Assembly (NCBI GenBank): GCA_964536515.1
Contig: CAZHXI010000003.1
Span: forward strand, 9,112 to 73,111
Origin: an uncultured Gammaproteobacteria bacterium
GTDB lineage: Bacteria; Patescibacteriota; Patescibacteriia; CAYZDG01
Direction: 5' to 3'
DNA: 64,000 nucleotides
A program made the position numbers and the translations under genes. Under the pieces are notes generated by a model. That model was not told where the DNA came from and searched no databases. It worked only from the letters and a program-made list of their open reading frames with translations. Below, in pieces: positions 1 through 9,651 of the stretch. Every line of letters starts with the position of its first letter. Position 1 is the first letter of the stretch.

Positions 1-11
1 CTTTGTCGTAC

Positions 12-818
12 CTACCTCCACTTCACTAGGTACTTCACCCAGCTGGCAATGTGCGCCCTGGTGATTGGATTCAGCAGGTCGCCCAGTCCCCCGCCGTCTA
101 GGCTGTCGCGCTGGTGGAAGTGGACCACCCTGCTGCTCGGCACGTACCACACCTCGTAGCCAGCAGAGTGGAAGCGGCGGCACCAGTCTAGGTCTTCGAA
201 GTAGAGGAAGAATCGCTCGTCCAACAGGCCGACCTTATCCATGGCGCTGCGACGAACCATTAGGGCAGCGCCGAACAGCCAGTCTACCTGGCGCGCATCC
301 GCATGATTCCACTGCCGCATGTAGACGTTATCTAGCCAGGCTTTGCCCACCTTGGTCTTGCCCATCCAGGTGCGGCGGAAGAGCGGCAGCCGCCAGTCTG
401 GGAACTTGGCACACGATAGCTGGTATGTGCCATCTGCATTGGTCAGCTTCGGTCCAGCAATACCAGCCTGCGGGTGCGCCTGCATAAACTGGTACAGCTC
501 AACTAGGCTCTGGGCAGATGGGGCAACGTCTGGGTTTAGGATGAGCACGTACTCCCCCGTCGCTGCCTTGATACCGATGTTGTTGCCGGCGGCGTAGCCC
601 GCGTTCCTGTTGGCGCCGATGAACTTAACGTCTGGGAACTGGTCTGCCAGCGCCAGGGCGCTCTTGGTGGGTGAGGCGTTGTCTACCACAATCGTCTCCA
701 CGGCAAAGGGCAGCTGGAACTCGGCCAGGAGCTTGAGCAGCTGCTTTACCAGGCCCGCCTGGCAGTAGCTTAGGATGACTATGGAGACGTCCGGTTTCAT
801 AGCAGAAGTAGGCCACAT
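12..818 (-). CDS. Glycosyltransferase family 2 (268 aa; alternative ATG at 800)
   Basis: N-terminal VSIVILSY...DNAS GT2 fold with a DxD-like motif and a conserved FFLYFEDLDWCRR region. Confidence 0.8.
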   Translation of the reverse strand: MWPTSAMKPDVSIVILSYCQAGLVKQLLKLLAEFQLPFAVETIVVDNASPTKSALALADQFPDVKFIGANRNAGYAAGNNIGIKAATGEYVLILNPDVAPSAQSLVELYQFMQAHPQAGIAGPKLTNADGTYQLSCAKFPDWRLPLFRRTWMGKTKVGKAWLDNVYMRQWNHADARQVDWLFGAALMVRRSAMDKVGLLDERFFLYFEDLDWCRRFHSAGYEVWYVPSSRVVHFHQRDSLDGGGLGDLLNPITRAHIASWVKYLVKWR

Positions 819-853
819 CCGGATGTGTCAGTCAAAGGCGACTGCCATAGCCT

Positions 854-969
854 CGTCATCCTGAGCGGAGGGCGCCCCGAGCGACCGCAGCCGAAGGATC
901 TGGTCTAAATCTGAGTAGCTAGATCCTTCGGCTCCATCCCGTTGCTGCGTGATTCCGCTCAGGATGACG
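854..969. repeat. Nested perfect inverted repeat: outer 16-bp arms CGTCATCCTGAGCGGA/TCCGCTCAGGATGACG, inner 12-bp arms GCCGAAGGATCT/AGATCCTTCGGC
   Basis: Read directly; lies in an intergenic gap between two minus-strand genes. Confidence 0.7.
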
Positions 970-985
970 ATTTTATATCGATATC

Positions 986-1017
986 AAAAGCCGCCCGATT
1001 ACGGACGGCTTCTGTTT
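986..1017 (-). terminator. Rho-independent terminator (GCCGCCCG-atta-CGGACGGC) flanked by T/A runs on both strands
   Basis: Hairpin just downstream of the stop of the 1017..1433 gene, followed on the minus strand by TTTTGATAT. Shares the AGCCGCCC...GGCGGCTTCTGT motif with the terminators at 42.6 and 43.1 kb. Confidence 0.55.
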
Positions 1018-1433
1018 CACCGTGGCTTTGGCTTCTTGCGCTTTCGGCGATTTCCCTTGGTCGACTTCTTCTTGGCGGCAACCTTACGGGGCGGCAGGCT
1101 CGCCAGCTGCTCCAGCAGATCTATAGCTGCATTTATTTCTGCCCGAACAGCTCGGTCCACCGTTGCAGAGCCAGAGCGGTACTGCTGGTACTTGCGCAGG
1201 CGCACGGTAGCCTCGGGCAAATCATTGATCTCCATTCGCGGTGCGAACTGGCAGACATTGATCAGCGCGCAGTGGATGCGGTTGAGCTCGCCACCGAGCG
1301 CCCCGGCTGCCTCGTCCACCCTCTTCTTGCCCCGCAGCTGTTTGCACAGCCTGGCCAGGATCTTGGCGTACGAACCAATGGCTTCCAGCGCATCGGATAC
1401 CCGCTGCTTGGGAGATGGCAATCCTCTACTCAA
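1017..1433 (-). CDS. Hypothetical protein (138 aa) with Lys/Arg-rich C-terminal tail
   Basis: Protein-like composition and the only ORF here followed by a terminator; no family recognised. Confidence 0.5.
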   Translation of the reverse strand: MSRGLPSPKQRVSDALEAIGSYAKILARLCKQLRGKKRVDEAAGALGGELNRIHCALINVCQFAPRMEINDLPEATVRLRKYQQYRSGSATVDRAVRAEINAAIDLLEQLASLPPRKVAAKKKSTKGNRRKRKKPKPR

Positions 1434-1503
1434 GTATGTTTCCTTTCCTAGGAATGTTCAGTAATCGGATACTTTTACACCCGTCACCGAACCCTGTAAA
1501 GCC

Positions 1504-2532
1504 CTAGGCGAACCACTGGCGAATCGCGGAGGACTTAACCTGCCTGTTCTTCTGGATGCTGCGTCGCTTGGACCAGGTCCGCGGCAGCAGGCGCATGACG
1601 CCCCCGATCCCCTTCCAGAACGTTCCCGGCTCGCGGACGAAGGTGTAGGCAGCCTTGCCCAGCTCGAACGGCACCCACCACGGCGCGAGCAGGATGAGGT
1701 TAAGCAGCGTCTGGTTGGCCAGGACGGCGAGCGCGTGGTTGCGGTAAGACATCTGCCGTACCAGGGGGCGCCTATCCCCGCGACGGAGGAACCCGGTCCT
1801 GCGCACGGTGCGGACGTGGTAGGCCGCGGCTGCCGGGACAAGCGCGGCGTGGAAGCCGGCGAGCTGCAGGCGCCAGGCTAGGTCTATGTCCTCCTTGTAG
1901 GCGAAGAAGTCTTCGTCGAAGTACTCCTCACGGCTGCCTCGGCGCAGGGCAACCTCCTCCAGGCTCGAGCGGCGGTACAGAACGGCGGTGGCGGGCAGGC
2001 CGAAGACCTGGGCGGGGGCGCTGGATCGCCGCTCGTCGTGCTGCCCCTCGGCGATGTTGAACACCCGCATGGTTCGGCGGAAGGCGAGGCCCATGGAATC
2101 CACCACCGTGGTGCCCTCCCCGTTCTCGGGATCGAACCTGAGCAGCTTGCCGCTGCAGCTGGCGCAGCGCGGGTGGCTATCGGCGTAGGCTACGAGCTCC
2201 TCTATGTAGCCTGGCTCAAGGAAGCAGTCCTGGTTCAGGCACAGCGCGTAGTCAGAACCTGTGGCCCAGGTTATGCCGTCGTTGTAGGCCCGGCTGAAGC
2301 CCAGGTTCTCGCGCCGCAGCACCACGCGCACGTGGGGGAACTCCTGCTGCACTACGGCTACCGTCCTATCCGTGGAGCCGTTGTCTATCACCAGCACGCT
2401 GAAGTCCCGGAACGTCTGCCTCGCCAGCGCCTCCAGGCACTGCCGAACGTAGCGCTCGGCGTTGTAGGTAACCAGGACTACGGCGACGCGCGCCTTAGCT
2501 GCCTGGGGAACCGTGTCTGGCGTACTTTCCAT
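1504..2532 (-). CDS. Glycosyltransferase family 2 (342 aa)
   Basis: VAVVLVTYN...VIDNGSTD, a DxD-containing GT2 catalytic region and a C-terminal amphipathic/membrane segment. ATG confirmed at 2530-2532. Confidence 0.85.
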   Translation of the reverse strand: MESTPDTVPQAAKARVAVVLVTYNAERYVRQCLEALARQTFRDFSVLVIDNGSTDRTVAVVQQEFPHVRVVLRRENLGFSRAYNDGITWATGSDYALCLNQDCFLEPGYIEELVAYADSHPRCASCSGKLLRFDPENGEGTTVVDSMGLAFRRTMRVFNIAEGQHDERRSSAPAQVFGLPATAVLYRRSSLEEVALRRGSREEYFDEDFFAYKEDIDLAWRLQLAGFHAALVPAAAAYHVRTVRRTGFLRRGDRRPLVRQMSYRNHALAVLANQTLLNLILLAPWWVPFELGKAAYTFVREPGTFWKGIGGVMRLLPRTWSKRRSIQKNRQVKSSAIRQWFA

Positions 2533-2535
2533 AGC

Positions 2536-3936
2536 TTAAAGCTTGGTCCTCGGCTGCAGGGCGCTCAAGAAGAGCAGCAGGCCCAAGCCGAGCGGGTGGT
2601 TTAGGTACGGCGTGAAGATGTGTACCACGGCCAGCATTGCTACGGCCAGAACGGTAATGGCTCCCACGGCTGACTGGCGAGCCACGGCCATGCCAGACTT
2701 CCACAGACGGCGGAGCCACCACAGCAGCGCCAGGACGCCGACCAAGCCAATATCTAGCCAGGTATCTAGCCAGCCGAGCTCAAAGGTATCCGTGGTTACC
2801 TCCGCAGACTCCGAGGCGCGACGCGGATCTACGGCGCGGTAGGTTACGGTTGTTCCGAATCCATTGCCCAGTAGGGGGTGCGACTTTACGGCAGACCACA
2901 GCGGGCCAGCCTGAGCGGTGCGTGCTGCCGCAGCCGGCTCATTCACGTCCAGACGCTGCTGCAGCGACAGCGGGAAGTTGCCGGTGACGAGCTGCAGGCC
3001 GTAGAAGGCTACGGCGGCGGCAGCAGCTCCAATCGCGCCGTATTCAATTACGCGACGCATACCTCGGCCGGTCTTCAGTAGCATCCACCCCAGTACAGCG
3101 GCGCCGACGATTCCCGCAACCCAGAAGCTACGGCTCAGAGATGCAACGACCGTTACCAGTCCAACGGCAGATGCCGTGAGGGCGGCGCGGCGCGACCACG
3201 GGCTACTCGTCCATAGGTAGGCTGCGCTGCCACCTAGCGCCAGCACCAGGGCGTACACATGCGACTGCATGAACACGCGGTAGTACGTTCCGGCCACCGG
3301 GGTGATCTCGCCCAGGCGAACGTCGCGGACCCAGGTGTACAGGCCGTCCAGCTGCTCGCGGGGTATCCAGCCGAAGGCAACCAGCGTAGCAACGGTGGCA
3401 ACGGCCAGAGCAATGGCTCCGCCGGAGAGGATGCGGCCGTACAGCGCCCAGTCCCCCGCCCTGACCGACGCGAAGACTAGTGGCGCCGCCAGCAGGTAGA
3501 TGTAGCCGTTGAAATCGTGGAACGCATTGCTCCCGCCTACGCCCACCAGCACGCCGACGATCGCGGCGAACCACAGCAGCTGCATAGGACCGCGGAAGGG
3601 CTGCGGGAACCACTCGATGCGTCGCCGATCAGCCAGCTGGCTGAATGACCAGCCAAGCATTGCCCCGACGAACAGCGCCTGGCGCAGCGACAGGTCGTAG
3701 CCGAGCACGTCTGCACTCGTCAGCCGTCCGAACGATCCAACTACCAACTCCAGTGCAATGGCGGCGGCTGCCCACCGAGGCCTGTGCCAGCCGAGGGCGA
3801 GTACACCGGCTCCGGCAAGGATAGTGGCCACAATCGCCACCTCGGGAACCTGGTGCCCGACAGCCGACACAGCGTACAGCCCTAAGCCAGCAATGGCGCT
3901 GGCTAGAACGACGTGCTTACGGATCCAATTGATCAT
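2536..3936 (-). CDS. O-antigen ligase/polymerase-like polytopic membrane protein (Wzy_C/WaaL family, 466 aa)
   Basis: About 10-12 predicted TM helices and an ...HPLLGNGFG... motif typical of O-antigen ligase-like proteins. ATG confirmed at 3934-3936. Confidence 0.7.
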   Translation of the reverse strand: MINWIRKHVVLASAIAGLGLYAVSAVGHQVPEVAIVATILAGAGVLALGWHRPRWAAAAIALELVVGSFGRLTSADVLGYDLSLRQALFVGAMLGWSFSQLADRRRIEWFPQPFRGPMQLLWFAAIVGVLVGVGGSNAFHDFNGYIYLLAAPLVFASVRAGDWALYGRILSGGAIALAVATVATLVAFGWIPREQLDGLYTWVRDVRLGEITPVAGTYYRVFMQSHVYALVLALGGSAAYLWTSSPWSRRAALTASAVGLVTVVASLSRSFWVAGIVGAAVLGWMLLKTGRGMRRVIEYGAIGAAAAAVAFYGLQLVTGNFPLSLQQRLDVNEPAAAARTAQAGPLWSAVKSHPLLGNGFGTTVTYRAVDPRRASESAEVTTDTFELGWLDTWLDIGLVGVLALLWWLRRLWKSGMAVARQSAVGAITVLAVAMLAVVHIFTPYLNHPLGLGLLLFLSALQPRTKL

Positions 3937-3939
3937 AGG

Positions 3940-4818
3940 CTAGGCACGGTACCACCTACGGCGCGCTGCCTGCAGCAGGCGCCGGGGGACGAGGCTGGTA
4001 GCTGCCGCGAGGACGAGCGAGATCGGCGCGGCGAGGTAGACCGCGGTTCCCCGCCAGCCCAGGTGGCGCGCGGCGTACAGCGCGGCGCTGCGGGCGAACT
4101 GCCACTGCTGCCACAGAGACGAGCGTCGGCCGAAGCTGCTGCCGCCGAGGTGCGTAATGCTTACCGAGGGCTCGTACCAGACCTTTAGCCCAGAGGCAGC
4201 TACCGCGGCGCAGTAGTCTACATCCTCGAACCATATTGGGTAGCGCTCGCTCAATCCGCCCAAGCGTCGGTAGACCTCAGCCGGCGTCAGCAGGGCCGCG
4301 CCCATGACCTGCTGCACCTCCGCGGGCTGGCCGTAGTCGAAGCCGCGCTGCATGTAGGCATCCAGCAAGCTGGGTGATATCCGATGCAGCTTGAGCAGCA
4401 GCGTAGCTAGCGCAGCCCCGCTGGGCAGGCTACGCACCGATGGCTGCAGCGTGCCGTCTGCGTTCAGCAGCCTGGGTCCGCTCACCCCCACGCCGGGGAT
4501 TCGCTCCACGGCTTGGATCCACCTGCCAATGGTGCCGGGCGGCACGTCCGTATCCGGATTCAGCAGCAAGATCCACGGCGCATCGGCGTGCCTGGCACCC
4601 TGGTTGCAGGCCCTGGCGAAGCCGTGGTTGGTTGCGTTGCGCACCAGCTCCACGCCTGGGAACCGCTGCGCCACGTCCGCGCTGCCGTCTGCCGAGGCGT
4701 TGTCTACCACAATCACCTGCAGCGTCGCCCCCTGGTCCTGCGCCAGGGAAGCCAGGCAGCGTTCCAAATCCTCTGCCGAGTTCCAGCTGACGATGACTAC
4801 TGCTACGCGGCTACTCAT
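3940..4818 (-). CDS. Glycosyltransferase family 2 (292 aa)
   Basis: VAVVIVSWNS...VVDNAS GT2 N-terminus. ATGA overlap with the downstream gene. Confidence 0.85.
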   Translation of the reverse strand: MSSRVAVVIVSWNSAEDLERCLASLAQDQGATLQVIVVDNASADGSADVAQRFPGVELVRNATNHGFARACNQGARHADAPWILLLNPDTDVPPGTIGRWIQAVERIPGVGVSGPRLLNADGTLQPSVRSLPSGAALATLLLKLHRISPSLLDAYMQRGFDYGQPAEVQQVMGAALLTPAEVYRRLGGLSERYPIWFEDVDYCAAVAASGLKVWYEPSVSITHLGGSSFGRRSSLWQQWQFARSAALYAARHLGWRGTAVYLAAPISLVLAAATSLVPRRLLQAARRRWYRA

Positions 4819-5966
4819 ACAAGCTTGAGAATGGCATCTAGCCGGTGCGACCAGCCAGCCGCAGCTGCGGCAGCCTTCCTCGCCTCCCTATCCAACGGCT
4901 GGTTACCAACGGCGCGTAGTACCGCTGCTGTGAATGCCTCCGGCGTACTAGCCTCGGCAATGAACTTCGCCGTGGAAGCAGAGCCTGCGCCCGGGGTAGC
5001 GACGATGGGTAGCCCGGCAGCCAGGTACTCGTACACCTTCATTGCCTCGGTCGAGGCCACGAATTCGCTCTGGCGATGCGGCACTATGCCCACGTCGAAG
5101 TGCTGCACGTAGGCGGGCGTATCCCACCGTGGCTGACGGCCGAACAGGGTTACATTGGGCAGGCTCGCCAGCTGCTTTGCCAGGCTGCGGTACCACACCG
5201 GCCCGATGAGAACGATGGAGCCCTGCCCCATGTTGGCGCTGAGGTGCCGAATGATTTCGGTATCCAGGCGCCCCTGGATGGTGCCCACGTAGCCGACGAT
5301 TGGCCGCGGCAGCGTGGCTAGGTCGAACGGCACGGGTAGATCCTCGCCGTAGCGCTCGACGGCGACGCCGTTCGGCACGTGTACCACGTCTGTCCGTGAC
5401 GGGAACAGCTCAGCGTTGCGCGGGTTAACCGTGGCAATCGCATCTGCGCTCCGCTCGTACGCCGCGTACCCATCTCGAATCGCCGCAGCGTGGGTGCCGT
5501 AGAAGGGATGGGTAAGCCAGTTATCTACGGCGTCGAACAGTAGCTTGCCGCGAGAAATCTGGCTGAGGTAGCTACCCAGGGTTGGGACGTACGACCAGAC
5601 CAGGGAGCCCTCTAGCCCCAGCATTCGCCGCGCTGCGCCAACGTCACGCCTGAACTGGGAGCTGGGCACTCCGTTTATCGCCGCGAACGAGCTGAGCACG
5701 TACAGCTTCTCGGATACACGCTGCAGCGTACGCCACGGCAAGCAGTAGCCGGGCACCGGCTGCCCCAGGCGGCGCCTGGCCATACCCAGAGCTGCCTTGG
5801 CGACGTCGCGCGCCCGCCACGGAATGGGATCCACTGCGAGCACGGTGCGTACATCACCGCGGCGGCGCAGCACGTCCAGCAGCTCCAGCTGCCGGTTGCT
5901 GAACCCAGCTACCCAGTCGGCGTACCGCGCCATGCCGAACATCGTTACATCCAGCTGCTGGCTCAT
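4815..5966 (-). CDS. Glycosyltransferase family 1 (GT4-like, about 383 aa from the ATG at 5966)
   Basis: C-terminal EX7E-like GT1 region (EAMKVYEYLAAGLPIVAT). ATGA overlap with the upstream gene's stop at 5963. Confidence 0.8.
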   Translation of the reverse strand: MSQQLDVTMFGMARYADWVAGFSNRQLELLDVLRRRGDVRTVLAVDPIPWRARDVAKAALGMARRRLGQPVPGYCLPWRTLQRVSEKLYVLSSFAAINGVPSSQFRRDVGAARRMLGLEGSLVWSYVPTLGSYLSQISRGKLLFDAVDNWLTHPFYGTHAAAIRDGYAAYERSADAIATVNPRNAELFPSRTDVVHVPNGVAVERYGEDLPVPFDLATLPRPIVGYVGTIQGRLDTEIIRHLSANMGQGSIVLIGPVWYRSLAKQLASLPNVTLFGRQPRWDTPAYVQHFDVGIVPHRQSEFVASTEAMKVYEYLAAGLPIVATPGAGSASTAKFIAEASTPEAFTAAVLRAVGNQPLDREARKAAAAAAGWSHRLDAILKLV

Positions 5967-6994
5967 AGCGCCGCTTCCAATGCACGGATTGAAGCATCCG
6001 CGCTCCGCTGCCACGTGAACTGGCTAGCCCACGCCAGGCCAGAAGCTGACATAGAGGCGCGGCGAGGTGCATCTGTGAGTAGCCCAGCAATTGCTGCTGC
6101 GAGAGCGGCGACGTCTCCGGCAGGAACGAGAATCCCGCTACGGCCGTCATCCACCGCCTCCGGAATGCCACCGGTAGCGCTCGCGATAACCGGGACGCCG
6201 TGGGCAGTAGCTTCCACGCACACCATGCCGAAGCCCTCCACGTCGGCGCCCTCAGACCTAGCTGGCAGAACGAAGGCCCAGGCTCGGCTGTAGGCATCGG
6301 CTAGCTGGCCATCGTCCACATTCCCGAGCAGCTGAACCTTGTCTGGCTGCGAGCTGGCAGCAGCCGCAGCCTGCAGCTTGCTCCGCTCCGGCCCCCCGCC
6401 AATGATCTGGAGCCTTGCGTCCGGTACATCCTCCCAGATCTGCTCTATGGCTTGGATGAGGAGGTCGAAGCCCTTGCGGCGAACCAGACGACCCACGGCT
6501 AGAACTATCGGATGGGTAGACTCTACCCTAGTCGCTGCCGGTAGCTCCGCTGGGGCTGGGTACACCACGGTGATAGCCTCAGCGGGAATGCCGTAGCTGC
6601 GATGAATTGCCTCTAGGGTAAAGCGGCTGTTCGCCGTTATTCCAGCTGCGCCACGGAGGATCCTGGTTGCTAGCCAACGCTTCCAGACGTTCCGCAGCGG
6701 CAGCAGCACGTCCATGCCGTGCGTAGACACCACGTAGGGCTTGCCGCCCAGTAGACGGAGGATCCAAGCCACGGTCCCGGCTGGTAGCACCTGGCCAACC
6801 CAAACCACGTCGCACCCACGGCTCGCCGCACGCACGGTGGCGAGCCAAGGCAGCCACCTCGGCCAGATGCGACCGGGCTTGGGAACCAGCACCTCTACGC
6901 TGCCGGCGGGCATGTGGGCAACCAGGCTGGAGTAGTAGCGCGCAACCCCGCCGCGGCTGGGCAGGTAGTCGGTAGTTACCAGCAGCGCTTTCAT
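5963..6994 (-). CDS. Glycosyltransferase family 1 (GT4, 343 aa)
   Basis: GFGMVCVEATAHGVPVIASATGGIPE GT4 signature. ATG confirmed at 6992-6994, ATGA-coupled to the wzx-like stop. Confidence 0.85.
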   Translation of the reverse strand: MKALLVTTDYLPSRGGVARYYSSLVAHMPAGSVEVLVPKPGRIWPRWLPWLATVRAASRGCDVVWVGQVLPAGTVAWILRLLGGKPYVVSTHGMDVLLPLRNVWKRWLATRILRGAAGITANSRFTLEAIHRSYGIPAEAITVVYPAPAELPAATRVESTHPIVLAVGRLVRRKGFDLLIQAIEQIWEDVPDARLQIIGGGPERSKLQAAAAASSQPDKVQLLGNVDDGQLADAYSRAWAFVLPARSEGADVEGFGMVCVEATAHGVPVIASATGGIPEAVDDGRSGILVPAGDVAALAAAIAGLLTDAPRRASMSASGLAWASQFTWQRSADASIRALEAAL

Positions 6995-8433
6995 GTTCGT
7001 TTCGCAATGCTGACCAGCTTACGAAGATCATGCTTCGTCAGCACACCGGAGCCACCTGCGAGCGCAAGGAAGGTGCCGAGCGTCAGCGCCATGGGCACAG
7101 GCCAGGGCCCGACGTTACGTAGGGCTAGGCCAACGGCAGTGGCAACGGCGGCGCAGATTGCGCCCATCACCAGGCTGCGGCCCAGCGGATCTCCCCACAC
7201 GGGCAGGCTCCCCGCTCCACGCCACTGGATTGCCACCAGGACGGCGGTTGATGCAGCGGATGCCACCGCAGCGCCGACGATGCCCCAGGCTGGGTACAGC
7301 GCCAGCAGCAGCAGGATGTCCGTAACGAGCGCCGCGCCCATTGCGAGCGTGGTCGTCCGCTGCCGGTCGGTAGCGTTCAGCAGCGACCCGAGCGGGAAGC
7401 TAATGAAAAGCAGCGGCACCTGCAGCATCAGCACGGCGAGGACCGGCACGGACGGCGCATAGTCAGATCCGTACAGCCCGCGGACGAGGGGGCCAGCTCC
7501 GGCGATGAGCGCCGCTGCGGCGGCGCAGCCGAGCAGCCACAGGATCCGGGCTCCCTCCTGGAACAGCTGCTTCATTGCGCCACGGTTCCGCTGCCCGAAG
7601 GCCCAGCTGAGCGCCGGGTAGAGCGCGGCGACGAACGCGAGCGGCACGAACTGCAGCGCCGTGAGGATCCTGGCGGGCAAGCTGTAGAGCCCAGCCGCCA
7701 CCGTGCCGTCCAGCTTCGCCACAATCACGGTATCGGCGTAGCCGTACATTCTGGTCAGCACCAGGCCGAGGGCGAAGGGCCAGGCGATCGCCGCGAGACG
7801 TCGAAGCTCCCCCGGGGGAACGGCGACCGGCACGCGCAGGGCGGGGCCCGAGATTATCCAGCTGCTGTAGGCAACGTTGAGCACGCTCCCGGCTAGCAGG
7901 GCGACGATGAGGCTGGCCGCCGTGGGGCTTACCAGCAGCAGCGGGACGCCGACGGCAGCTACGGCCAGCTGCGTTGCGATGCTCCCCCACCCCTCACGCT
8001 GCAGCTTGCCCTGGGCTCTGGCCACGGCGTAGTTGAGCAGCGTAACGGCGTCCAGAACCATGGCGACGCCCGCAGCCCACAGCAGGGTTCGAACCTCCTG
8101 GCTGCCGGTAGCCGCAAGCCCAAGAATCTGCAGGATGACGAACGCGGCGGCGACCAGGCATATCTTCGACAGCAGCGCCGTGGCGTACAGGGGCGCCAAG
8201 CGTGACGGCTGCCGCGCAACCTCGCGGGTGAGCACGTTGGATAGCCCCAGGTCTGCAATTGCACCCGCGGCCATGGCCAGGTTCACCGCCACGGCGAAGC
8301 TGCCCAGCTCAGCTGGGCCGACGACGATTGCGGCGAACGAGAAGTAGGCGAAGGCGAAGACCCTCTGGATGACCAGGGCCAACGTGAACCTACCGGCGCT
8401 CCTCGCAACGTTCGGTGCTTCTGCTTGCTCCAT
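6991..8433 (-). CDS. Polysaccharide biosynthesis protein / Wzx-type flippase (MOP superfamily); probable start MEQAEAP at 8433, track ORF extends to 8517
   Basis: About 12-14 TM helices and a Wzx-like layout; sits at the end of the glycosyltransferase locus. Confidence 0.75.
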   Translation of the reverse strand: MEQAEAPNVARSAGRFTLALVIQRVFAFAYFSFAAIVVGPAELGSFAVAVNLAMAAGAIADLGLSNVLTREVARQPSRLAPLYATALLSKICLVAAAFVILQILGLAATGSQEVRTLLWAAGVAMVLDAVTLLNYAVARAQGKLQREGWGSIATQLAVAAVGVPLLLVSPTAASLIVALLAGSVLNVAYSSWIISGPALRVPVAVPPGELRRLAAIAWPFALGLVLTRMYGYADTVIVAKLDGTVAAGLYSLPARILTALQFVPLAFVAALYPALSWAFGQRNRGAMKQLFQEGARILWLLGCAAAAALIAGAGPLVRGLYGSDYAPSVPVLAVLMLQVPLLFISFPLGSLLNATDRQRTTTLAMGAALVTDILLLLALYPAWGIVGAAVASAASTAVLVAIQWRGAGSLPVWGDPLGRSLVMGAICAAVATAVGLALRNVGPWPVPMALTLGTFLALAGGSGVLTKHDLRKLVSIAKRT

Positions 8434-8482
8434 AAGGCCAGTGTAGCAGCCCACGGCTGGGCTCACGACTGGGCCTACCCGA

Positions 8483-8875
8483 CTAGCGCTTCTGCCACTG
8501 CGGGGCTCGACGGGCACGCTTGAGGCCGTACTTCTTGCGCTCCTTCACGCGGGGGTCACGGGTGAGCAGGTGGCTGGCGCGCATGACCGGCTTGGTGCCG
8601 ACGTCCTGGGCTACCAGCGCCCTGGCAATGCCCAGGCGGATCGCCTCAGCCTGCCCGCGCATTCCGCCGCCGCGCACGATGGCCGTAACGTCGAGGTCTT
8701 CACGTCCGGCAGCCGCCAGCGGCTCGCGCACCTGCGACTGGTACTCGAAGTAGGTGAAGAACGACTCCATGGGCTTACCGTTGACGGTAATGCTGCCCTT
8801 GCCGGGCATGATGCGGACCTGGGCCGAGGCCTCCTTGCGGCGGCCGACCGCGCTGATGTGGCGAGCTGCGGGCAT
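8483..8875 (-). CDS. rpsI: 30S ribosomal protein S9
   Basis: Clear S9 sequence ending ...KKYGLKRARRAPQWQKR. Confidence 0.95.
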   Translation of the reverse strand: MPAARHISAVGRRKEASAQVRIMPGKGSITVNGKPMESFFTYFEYQSQVREPLAAAGREDLDVTAIVRGGGMRGQAEAIRLGIARALVAQDVGTKPVMRASHLLTRDPRVKERKKYGLKRARRAPQWQKR

Positions 8876-8880
8876 AGTTG

Positions 8881-9270
8881 CTACTTGGTAATGGTGAGGC
8901 GACGCATCTGCACGGCGCGCTGGTGGTTGCGGGGCAGCATGCGAGAGACGGCGAGGCGGATAGCTCGGGCGGGGTCCTTAGCCAGCACCTCGGCGGCAGA
9001 CTCGAAGCGTGCTCCGCCCGGGTGGCCGGTGTAGGTGCGGTACTGCTTCAGCCTAAGGGCGGTGGGGTTGAACGTAGCCTGGCTGGCGTTCGTAACGAGA
9101 ACCTTTACGCCGGTCTTCTGGTTGGGCGTGAACGTCGCCAGGTGCTTGCCGCGTAGGTAGGTGGCGATCTGCGTTGCCAGCCGACCTACGGGCTTGCCCG
9201 CGGCGTCGATGGTCACGGCGGCGGGCGCGTGCGGCTTGTACGGCTTGGTGGAACGGGTGAGCGTGGTCAT
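8881..9270 (-). CDS. rplM: 50S ribosomal protein L13 (start MTTLTR at 9270 with upstream AGGAAG; track ORF to 9291)
   Basis: L13 signature ...AAGKPVGRLATQIATYLRGKH... Confidence 0.9.
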   Translation of the reverse strand: MTTLTRSTKPYKPHAPAAVTIDAAGKPVGRLATQIATYLRGKHLATFTPNQKTGVKVLVTNASQATFNPTALRLKQYRTYTGHPGGARFESAAEVLAKDPARAIRLAVSRMLPRNHQRAVQMRRLTITK

Positions 9271-9274
9271 ATGT

Positions 9275-9643
9275 CTACTTTGCTTCCTCATCGCCGACGA
9301 GCTGCAGCACCGCCATGGGGGCGCGGTCGCCGGTGCGCTGGCCGAGCTTAATTATTCGGGTATAGCCACCGGGGCGGGCGGCGAACCGCTTGCCCAGCAC
9401 ATCCAGAGCCTTGGCTGCCCCCTTCTCGGTTGGCAGGGCGGCGATCAGGCGGCGGCGGGCGGTGAGGTCACCCTTCTTGGCGGTCGTAATCAGGCGCTCG
9501 ACGACCGGGCGCAGCGCGCGAGCCTTGGCCAGCGTGGTGGTAACCTGCTCGTAGAGCAGCACCTGCTCCGCGGCCACCTTCAGCAGGGCCTTCCGCGGGC
9601 CCGCCTTGCGGCTGAGGGTAGTCTTACGGACTCGGTGGCGCAT
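9275..9643 (-). CDS. rplQ: 50S ribosomal protein L17
   Basis: MRHRVRKTTLSRKAGPRKALL... typical L17. Confidence 0.95.
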   Translation of the reverse strand: MRHRVRKTTLSRKAGPRKALLKVAAEQVLLYEQVTTTLAKARALRPVVERLITTAKKGDLTARRRLIAALPTEKGAAKALDVLGKRFAARPGGYTRIIKLGQRTGDRAPMAVLQLVGDEEAK

Positions 9644-9651
9644 ACGTATCG

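Noticed and set aside
8085-8105. GGGTTCGAACCTCC, resembling a tRNA T-arm.
   Set aside because: It lies inside the Wzx coding sequence with no surrounding acceptor, D or anticodon stems.
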